Part shown: in pieces, positions 6,295-12,752 of the stretch
Layout: each line of letters starts with the position of its first letter
Position numbering within the stretch: position 1 is the first letter of the stretch
Assembly: GCA_049699855.1 (NCBI GenBank)
Contig: JBNAWM010000001.1
Location: forward strand, 30,537-43,852
DNA: 13,316 nucleotides
Reading direction: 5' to 3'
Source: Candidatus Cryosericum sp.
Lineage (GTDB): Bacteria; Caldisericota; Caldisericia; Cryosericales; Cryosericaceae
Translations under genes and position numbers: made by a program
The notes under the pieces: model-generated
What the model was told of the DNA's origin: nothing
What the model saw: the letters and a program-made list of their open reading frames with translations, nothing else
Databases searched by the model: none

Positions 6295-8946
6295 CTACTT
6301 GATGAAGTATTCAACGATCGCACTTTCAATAGCGCTTGCAGCTTTCTGCTGGAACGACTCCTCGCGTAGAAGACGTTCCTCGTCAGGATTGCTGATGAAG
6401 GCACACTCCACCAGAACGGCCGGCATGGTGTCGATGTGAGAAATCAAGTAGAGAGAAGATTTGTCTACACCAAGATCTTTGGTTTGCAGTCCCGCTGCAA
6501 GACGTTTCTGGAGCAACTCAGCAAACGACTTGGATTGATCAAACCAGTAATGGGTCTCAGTTCCGCCCGCCGCAGAGCCGGCATCCGTGGCATTCTCGTG
6601 AATAGACACAAAAAGGTCGCCTCCAGAACCGTTTGCAATCTGAACGCGCCCCGCAAGATCAGGATTATCCTTCGATGAATCGTCGGTCCGGGTAAGAATC
6701 ACGATGGCTCCATCAGCCTGCAGCAGCGTCTTGACTTTCAGTGCAATCGCCAGGTTTATCGATGCCTCACTCGTTCCCGCTGGCCCGGTTGCACCCATGT
6801 CCACCGTGCCGTTCGGCATGACATATCCGTGACCGGGGTCAATCACGATCTTTTTCCCTTCCAACCTTCCAGCTTGGGCTTTCGCAGGGCTGATGACATA
6901 GACCCCAACTGCTGGATTCTGGATGTCGAGCGTGGCCACTGGAGCATGGATGTGGAGAGTAATCTCGGGTTCCACATCGTTGCGCCGGTCTGCCTTGGAA
7001 ACGGAAAGCCATGGCGCAAGTGTCTGCGAACCCGCTCCATTGGATAAGACGCCATTAAACCTGACACGGGTATGTCCATCTCCGTCGGCTGCCTTTGTCA
7101 CTTTGAGGCTGCTCATCGACGTCAGGGTGACACTGCCTGGTGCCTGTTCTGCAGCCCCAGTCAACGCAATGGACAGGATGACAGGATCAAGGTAGATCCG
7201 CAGTGCATCCCCACTCACCTCAAGCGAGAAGATATGTGCCACCGTGGAGACAGGGACATACAGCAGACCGCCAACGAGCCGAGGCGCTGCTGCCATGTCC
7301 TCGTTCCAGTGACTGTCTCCCTGGGCAACTTTCAGCGTGCGAAGCCCGTCCTTGAGAACAAACTGCCGATCGCCCAGCGTCAAACCCGTCTGTTGATTTG
7401 CAGCATCCCATGAGAGGAGTATCCCATATGCATTTGCAACGTCCACAAGCGGCAGGAAGGTGGCGTTGTCTGCGAAAAATGTCTCCTCACTGCCCGAAAG
7501 AAGCACATCCTGCAGGAAGACCGCCTTGGATGGAACTGCGGAGCCTGGGGCACTCAGGACCAGCTGAATAGTTGACGTCGTAAGAGACTGCCTCACGGTC
7601 ATGCCGGAGGAGGAGAGGTAGATTACGATCTTGGACACAAAGCCGGTCGAGGTCGTCCAGACATTGATGGCGGACACCTGACGTGTCGGCACACCAGTCG
7701 TCCCTCCCTGGCCAGACTGCACCAAGCTTGGGAGCGAAACCTCTACACGCTCAGGAGTGTGTTCATGGACAATGGACAGCCCAGTCTTGTCTCCATCTAC
7801 GTGAATTGTGATGCCAGTCCACCCATTGGATGAGACGGCCTCAATCCGCGACAAGCTGCATGTGCGCGCTCCCATGGCAGTGCCTCCGACGGCTGTACCC
7901 TCGGTCATTGCCATCCAGTGCCCCGCAGGCGCGGCAGCGGGCAGCTCCAGATACACGACCTTGCCATCCGTGGCAACTCCAGTGATTACTGTGCCTTTTG
8001 CAGGGAGTTGATCCCGAGTTCCCGCTCCAAATGGGATATCGGTCACCGCCGCGGACGCAGAAACCGAAACCAGGGTGCGACCCACTGCGGCGTCAACAAC
8101 ACCTGCCGGTATGGCATCCCATGTGCTGAGCAGAGGCGCGTATATCCATCCCGTCATGCTGCCCGCAGCAACACGGCACCAGGTCTCTTTCTGGTCGTTC
8201 AGTGCGTAGCCTGAAATCACCACGTTCGTGCCGGAAGGCAACGTTCCCAAACGGCTGGACAGCACTGATGGACCTTGGCGCACGTTTGTGGTATCAATGG
8301 TTCTCGATGCCTTCTGGAGCTTCACCTTCCACAAATCGATCAGAGCTGAGGCAGTAAACGTTGAAGGTGCTGTCGGCGACGGCGTCACCGTCTTGACGGT
8401 TACCACCCATGAAGCCACATATGCACTTGTCTGCTTGAGTTTGAGTGAAGAGCAGTTTACCTTGAACCATGTCTTTCCGTCCGCAGCCTTCGCTTGTGCC
8501 AGGATGGGCAGGGAAGTCCCAGCCTTGATGGTCGCAATGCGTTCGAAATTCGTTCCAGGGCCTGTGCGCAGAGATGTTCCGTCCTCCATGGCCACTGCAT
8601 ATCGATTGGAAGCAACTGGAGTCGAAGTGACTGCAGGTGCAGGCTGCTTCGGCGTCACTACTGCGGCTGTGTAGGTCACCAGCCATCCGGCAACGAAGCC
8701 CGTGCCAGATCCGATCTTTATCTTGTACCACGTGCGATCCGACGCATCCTTGGCGGACCCGACAACCTCGAATCTATCGCCCTTGTGCCCAACCTGAAGG
8801 ACGCTGAAACTTGTGCCCGCGCCAGCTCGTATGTTCGCCTCATCCTGAATAGTCACCGTTGCTGCTGTATCTCCATAGGCCAAGCCTGCGGCACTGGCGA
8901 TCAGAAAAAGCAAGGTCAACACCACTGCAACGATTCGTCTTTTCAC
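6295..8946 (-). CDS. Secreted multidomain N-acetylmuramoyl-L-alanine amidase (three SH3 domains, AMIN-like and stalk domains, Amidase_3)
   Basis: Sec signal peptide MKRRIVAVVLTLLFLIASAAGLAYG; three SH3b-like repeats (NIRAGAGT..WYKI, SLRTGPGT..WFKV, NVRQGPS..WCRV..GWI); copper-amine-oxidase-N-like segment (TFLPL..V....G..LSWD; LYVPV); C-terminal IDPGHG, SEASINL, VSIHEN, AVLVECAFISN with Zn ligands H706/E727/H783 and catalytic E847. Confidence 0.93.
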   Translation of the reverse strand: MKRRIVAVVLTLLFLIASAAGLAYGDTAATVTIQDEANIRAGAGTSFSVLQVGHKGDRFEVVGSAKDASDRTWYKIKIGSGTGFVAGWLVTYTAAVVTPKQPAPAVTSTPVASNRYAVAMEDGTSLRTGPGTNFERIATIKAGTSLPILAQAKAADGKTWFKVNCSSLKLKQTSAYVASWVVTVKTVTPSPTAPSTFTASALIDLWKVKLQKASRTIDTTNVRQGPSVLSSRLGTLPSGTNVVISGYALNDQKETWCRVAAGSMTGWIYAPLLSTWDAIPAGVVDAAVGRTLVSVSASAAVTDIPFGAGTRDQLPAKGTVITGVATDGKVVYLELPAAAPAGHWMAMTEGTAVGGTAMGARTCSLSRIEAVSSNGWTGITIHVDGDKTGLSIVHEHTPERVEVSLPSLVQSGQGGTTGVPTRQVSAINVWTTSTGFVSKIVIYLSSSGMTVRQSLTTSTIQLVLSAPGSAVPSKAVFLQDVLLSGSEETFFADNATFLPLVDVANAYGILLSWDAANQQTGLTLGDRQFVLKDGLRTLKVAQGDSHWNEDMAAAPRLVGGLLYVPVSTVAHIFSLEVSGDALRIYLDPVILSIALTGAAEQAPGSVTLTSMSSLKVTKAADGDGHTRVRFNGVLSNGAGSQTLAPWLSVSKADRRNDVEPEITLHIHAPVATLDIQNPAVGVYVISPAKAQAGRLEGKKIVIDPGHGYVMPNGTVDMGATGPAGTSEASINLAIALKVKTLLQADGAIVILTRTDDSSKDNPDLAGRVQIANGSGGDLFVSIHENATDAGSAAGGTETHYWFDQSKSFAELLQKRLAAGLQTKDLGVDKSSLYLISHIDTMPAVLVECAFISNPDEERLLREESFQQKAASAIESAIVEYFIK

Positions 8947-9401
8947 CGCATGTACCCCCTGATCTCGCGCTCGACGCGTCTTCTCTCTGAGGTTTCACGA
9001 GATCCCTTTGTCGTCAGGAATTTTCCGACTGCAAGTTCGACCTTGATGAACCCACCCTCGGCAAACGAGACAGACGCCGGCACCACGGTCAAGCCTTGCT
9101 GACTGATCAGCGACGCTATCCTGATCAGTTCGCGGCGATGGAGCAGGAGTCTTCTTCGCCTCTTCAGTTCTTCATCGCTGGTGTGTGCAAAAGCATACGG
9201 CCCGATGGACATCTGTACAAGATACAGCTCTCGCCCGTAGAATTTGCAGTAGGAATCACCAAAAGCAAAGGTTCTCGCTCGTATGGCCTTCACCTCCCAG
9301 CCGCGCAGTTCCATGCCGGCTTCCACACGTTCAAAAGTCTTGAAGTTGTGCTGGATACGCTTGTTAGAGACAATGACCCGGCCGTTTTCCTCCATGATCA
9401 T
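8943..9401 (-). CDS. smpB: SsrA-binding protein SmpB (divergent C-terminal tail)
   Basis: NKR..HNF, EAGMELRGWEVKAIR, DSY, R.R.LLLHRREL, GLTVVP and KVEL motifs; 152 aa. The ATG at 9395 is better spaced (8 nt) from GGAG and may be the real start. Confidence 0.92.
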   Translation of the reverse strand: MIMEENGRVIVSNKRIQHNFKTFERVEAGMELRGWEVKAIRARTFAFGDSYCKFYGRELYLVQMSIGPYAFAHTSDEELKRRRRLLLHRRELIRIASLISQQGLTVVPASVSFAEGGFIKVELAVGKFLTTKGSRETSERRRVEREIRGYMR

Positions 9402-10108
9402 CTCTCCAAGGCTCTCAACACAGCACGAAAGTCATCGGGCAATGGCGCCACGACGCGCACGGGAGTTCCCAAAGCAGGACTCACAAAAGACAGAGCGAAC
9501 GCATGAAGCATTTGTCTTGGAACCATAATGTTCTGCAACTCCCGGTAGCCATATGAATAATCTCCCAGTACGGGATGCCCGATATACGAGCAATGCACTC
9601 GTATCTGATGCGTCCGTCCTGTTTCGATGCGCACTCGAAGGAGCGAGGCGCGATCTCCATAGTGCTGAACTACTTCAAAGTCCGTCCTTGAATCCCTGCC
9701 TGAGCTGTCAGCATGCCGGAGCAGAAGTCCTCGCGCATGGATGGCGCCAATCGGAACGTCAATCCGGCCGCTCTTTTCAGCAAACACTCCGCGAACAAGG
9801 GCCACATACTGCTTCTGCGCCTCATGTTCGCTCAGTTCCCGCTTGAACGAATTCCAGCCGAGCTGCGTGCGTGCGAGAACCATAACGCCACTCGTGTCCT
9901 TGTCGAGTCGGTGAACGACTCCTGCCAGCTCTACCTCGTCCCCCTCGTAGAGGCTGACACCTCCAGCCAGAACGACCTCGCTCAGTGTTCCTTCCAGTTT
10001 TCCAGGACGCATAAAAACTGGCAAGCCCGCCGGTTTGTTGACCGCTATGACATCGTCGTCTGCATACAGGACGGGGATATGAACCTGGCCCATGCTGACG
10101 TCACGCAT
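9398..10108 (-). CDS. RluA/RluD-family pseudouridine synthase, catalytic domain only
   Basis: VLY.DD...VNKPAGL, HRLDKDTSG with the catalytic Asp, TGRTHQIRVH, GHPVLGD..YG and RQMLHA; directly after lspA, as rluD usually is. Confidence 0.94.
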   Translation of the reverse strand: MRDVSMGQVHIPVLYADDDVIAVNKPAGLPVFMRPGKLEGTLSEVVLAGGVSLYEGDEVELAGVVHRLDKDTSGVMVLARTQLGWNSFKRELSEHEAQKQYVALVRGVFAEKSGRIDVPIGAIHARGLLLRHADSSGRDSRTDFEVVQHYGDRASLLRVRIETGRTHQIRVHCSYIGHPVLGDYSYGYRELQNIMVPRQMLHAFALSFVSPALGTPVRVVAPLPDDFRAVLRALER

Positions 10109-10565
10109 GGAAGCCCCACCGCTCCGGGAAAATCAGCGCAAGTCCACATAGAATGGCTCCAGCAGTGACAAAACAATCTGCTAGATTGAATACGGACCAG
10201 CCCCGTACCCAGATGAAGTCCGTAACTCGCCCCAAAACAAGCCTGTCGATGAAATTGCCCAGGAAACCAGCAAAAATGAGAAAGAAGCCACTCGCAAGCC
10301 CTCCGTCTCCAAGGCGGAGCGCCTGAAGACCGGCGATAAGCACGGCACCGCCCAGCAAGCCATTCAGCGGAACCACCCACGCCTTTCCGCCAAAGAGCCC
10401 GAACGCGACACCGCTGTTCATCGTCAACACAAGCCCCACAAACCTTGATGTGACAGAACTGTCCACAAGGAATCGCCTGGCAGCCCACTTGGCAAGTTGG
10501 TCGACCACGATCATCACAGTGACAAGAACACCCCATCGGAGCAGAATTCGTCTGGTCATGGTCAT
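10101..10565 (-). CDS. lspA: Lipoprotein signal peptidase (signal peptidase II)
   Basis: DQLAK, NSGVAFG, GNFIDR, VTDF and FNLAD motifs with four hydrophobic segments. Confidence 0.96.
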   Translation of the reverse strand: MTMTRRILLRWGVLVTVMIVVDQLAKWAARRFLVDSSVTSRFVGLVLTMNSGVAFGLFGGKAWVVPLNGLLGGAVLIAGLQALRLGDGGLASGFFLIFAGFLGNFIDRLVLGRVTDFIWVRGWSVFNLADCFVTAGAILCGLALIFPERWGFHA

Positions 10566-10801
10566 CCACTCCGGGCTGGCGCTTCAGGCACGGCGATGTC
10601 GATCGTCTTGTTTCTTGATACCTGTCCACTCACAATGCGGACTGCAGAACGGCTCACTCCATAATACCGGCACAACAATTCCAGAAGCTCTTCATTGGCC
10701 TTTCCCTCGACGGGCCTTGCATGGAGATGCACGCGCAGGGGATCCCCTGCCTGAATCTCCGACTTGCTACTTCCTGGAATGACATGAACCTCAATTCTCA
10801 C
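10562..10801 (-). CDS. yggU: DUF167/UPF0235 (YggU-like) protein
   Basis: V.PGS....I, PVEGKANEEL...L, V.IVSG..SRNK; 79 aa; GTG start with SD AAGGAG 8 nt upstream. Confidence 0.9.
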   Translation of the reverse strand: MRIEVHVIPGSSKSEIQAGDPLRVHLHARPVEGKANEELLELLCRYYGVSRSAVRIVSGQVSRNKTIDIAVPEAPARSG

Positions 10802-10876
10802 AACTCATTCTCCTTGGCAGACCAAACTGCACGTTCAGGATCGGCGGATACTTGCCCCTTGTGTGACGCGCACTCG

Positions 10877-10897
10877 CCGGCGAAGAGGCTTCGCCGG
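10877..10897. repeat. Perfect 9-bp inverted repeat CCGGCGAAG-N3-CTTCGCCGG just after the yggS stop
   Basis: Seen directly. No U-tract follows on either strand, so it is not called an intrinsic terminator. Confidence 0.8.
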
Positions 10898-10901
10898 ATG
10901 T

Positions 10902-11606
10902 TCAAGATGGCGCAGACGTGCGTGGTCCGAAGATTGCGGTCCCTACGCGAATCATGTTCGATCCATGCAAAATGGCAAGCTCGAAATCGTCCGAAGTACC
11001 CATGGACAAGGTCCTCATCTGCGAAGGACCAAGCTCCTTCTCCAGGTCCTGGAACAGGAGCGAAACGGCGTCATACATCCCGGCGCGCATTTCTTCTGTG
11101 GCTTCGAGTGGAACGACCGCCATCAGACCTGAAATCTCGTCCAGTGCAGGATTGTGCGCCAAGGCGAGGTCACGCACCTGGGCAATAGTTAGTCCGGCCT
11201 TCTGTGGCTCACCACCCGCATTGACTTCAAGCAGAAAAGTCCGTGCTCGGAATATACCAGTACTGCCGGCAGCATGAACCCGCTCCAGCAATTTCGGATC
11301 GGCTGAATCCACAGCATCAAAGTCCCGAAGAATGGCATTGTACTTGTTAGATTGCAGACGGCCAATGTATCGTATCGTCAATTCATGGCTCTGGCGCAGT
11401 TCGAATATTCCTTTTCCTGCCGCTTCTTGCAGGTAATTCTCACCAATGTCTGTGGCCCCCGCTTCGATTACTTCCAGAATACGCGGCAGTGGCTGCATCT
11501 TCGTCACGCACACGATGCGGAGCCCATCGGATGAACCGCGTACCCGGCGATACGCAAGTTCCGCACGCTCGCGCACATTCGCGTAGCGATCGGCTACTTC
11601 ACCCAT
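10902..11606 (-). CDS. yggS: YggS/PLPBP pyridoxal-phosphate homeostasis protein
   Basis: VTK (PLP lysine), GENY.QE, IG.LQSNK, EVN...E..K.G, GLM, LSMGTSDDFE.AI..GSNMIRVGTAIFG. Confidence 0.96.
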   Translation of the reverse strand: MGEVADRYANVRERAELAYRRVRGSSDGLRIVCVTKMQPLPRILEVIEAGATDIGENYLQEAAGKGIFELRQSHELTIRYIGRLQSNKYNAILRDFDAVDSADPKLLERVHAAGSTGIFRARTFLLEVNAGGEPQKAGLTIAQVRDLALAHNPALDEISGLMAVVPLEATEEMRAGMYDAVSLLFQDLEKELGPSQMRTLSMGTSDDFELAILHGSNMIRVGTAIFGPRTSAPS

Positions 11607-11614
11607 TGTTCCTT

Positions 11615-12724
11615 CTAGAATCCGCGCGGTGGGCCTTTGCGCAAGATTGCCGGGAGTTCAACCTCTTCGACCTTGAACTCCTTGAGAATCTTCTTCTCCT
11701 GTTCCACTTCTGCCTTCTGAGGCTGCATTCCAGAGGCGACTACCGTTATGCGGATCTCATCATTGGCTTCGCCCGCTTCTCCCAGGACTTCATCGAATGG
11801 ATCGGCGAGACCGAAGATGATCTTTGCGTCTTTGGACGCATTTGACTGAATCGCCGTCGAGATAATATCCATCTCTTCCATGGAGATCTCATGCCCGATC
11901 ACGTTGTAGATGAGGCCGGACGCTCCTTGCATGGAATACTCCAGGAGTTCGTAACTGGTAGCAGCCTTGATCGCCTTGGCAGCCCTTTCGTCACCCTTGC
12001 CAGCTCCCATGCCTATCCATATGCTGCCGTCAGCTCCGTCAGGAAGCTCTCCGGATGTCGTCGACGTCAAGACATTCTTCAGGTCGGCGAAGTCAAGGTT
12101 GATGATTCCTGGCGTCCGGATCAACTCAGTTATGCCCTGAACGGCCTTCTTGAGGACTTCGTCGGCTTTCCGAAATGCATTGCTGATCGTGATCTTCCCC
12201 TCTTCAAGCTTAAACAGCCGCTGGTTTGGAATAACCACCAGCCCGTCAACACTCTCCCGCAGTTCCTTGATGCCATCCGCTGCCACTTTTGCCCGCTGAG
12301 GACCCTCGAAGTTGAAAGGTTTGGTAACAATTGCAATAGTCAGAATGCCCAGTTCCCGGGCAATCTTGGCCACCACAGGCGAACCACCCGTACCCGTTCC
12401 GCCTCCCATGCCGGCTGTTATGAACAGCAGAGATGAGCCGGTAAGAGCCTCCTTAAGTATCTCTCTGCTTTCCTCCGCTGCCTTTCTTCCAACCTCCGGG
12501 TCAGCGCCAGCGCCCATTCCGCGAGCCACCTTGGCACCGATCTGAATCTTGCTTTCAGCCCGGCTGTAGCGCAGAACCTGAGTGTCAGTGTTCACCGTCA
12601 CAAAGTCGACGCCTGAAGGGAAATCACCGACCATGCGGTTCACGGCATTGCCGCCACCGCCGCCAACACCAATGACCTTGATGTTTACGTTTGAACTTCC
12701 CCAGGGATCCAGTCGATCATCCAT
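11615..12724 (-). CDS. ftsZ: Cell division protein FtsZ
   Basis: IKVIGVGGGGGNAV, NTD, GAGADP, tubulin signature GMGGGTGTG, PF.FEG, T7 loop INLDFAD and C-terminal peptide ELPAILRK. Confidence 0.98.
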   Translation of the reverse strand: MDDRLDPWGSSNVNIKVIGVGGGGGNAVNRMVGDFPSGVDFVTVNTDTQVLRYSRAESKIQIGAKVARGMGAGADPEVGRKAAEESREILKEALTGSSLLFITAGMGGGTGTGGSPVVAKIARELGILTIAIVTKPFNFEGPQRAKVAADGIKELRESVDGLVVIPNQRLFKLEEGKITISNAFRKADEVLKKAVQGITELIRTPGIINLDFADLKNVLTSTTSGELPDGADGSIWIGMGAGKGDERAAKAIKAATSYELLEYSMQGASGLIYNVIGHEISMEEMDIISTAIQSNASKDAKIIFGLADPFDEVLGEAGEANDEIRITVVASGMQPQKAEVEQEKKILKEFKVEEVELPAILRKGPPRGF

Positions 12725-12732
12725 AGTGGCTT

Positions 12733-12739
12733 CTCCTCC
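12733..12739 (-). promoter_or_regulatory. Shine-Dalgarno GGAGGAG for ftsZ
   Basis: Minus strand reads GGGGAGGAG-AAGCCACT-ATG. Confidence 0.8.
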
Positions 12740-12752
12740 CCGTCAATGTGTC

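Noticed and set aside
8995..9026. Alternative frame in the smpB tail reading K-I-P-D-D-K-G, hinting at a frameshifted DKR motif
   Set aside because: It gives DKG rather than DKR, stops two codons later and has no canonical slippery heptamer. The main frame keeps normal length and a proper basic helix.
8900..9450. tmRNA (ssrA) next to smpB
   Set aside because: smpB overlaps coding genes on both sides, and I saw no tRNA-Ala-like tmRNA ends in any intergenic gap.
10045..10629. 194-aa minus-strand ORF overlapping lspA, considered as a frameshifted S4 domain for the pseudouridine synthase
   Set aside because: It is in a different frame, is Cys/Arg-rich with no S4 motif, and is simply an alternative frame of lspA.
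10877..10904. UGA followed by a hairpin as a possible SECIS or read-through signal for yggS
   Set aside because: YggS is already complete at the stop, the UGA is not at a Cys-equivalent position, and read-through would not join the yggU frame.
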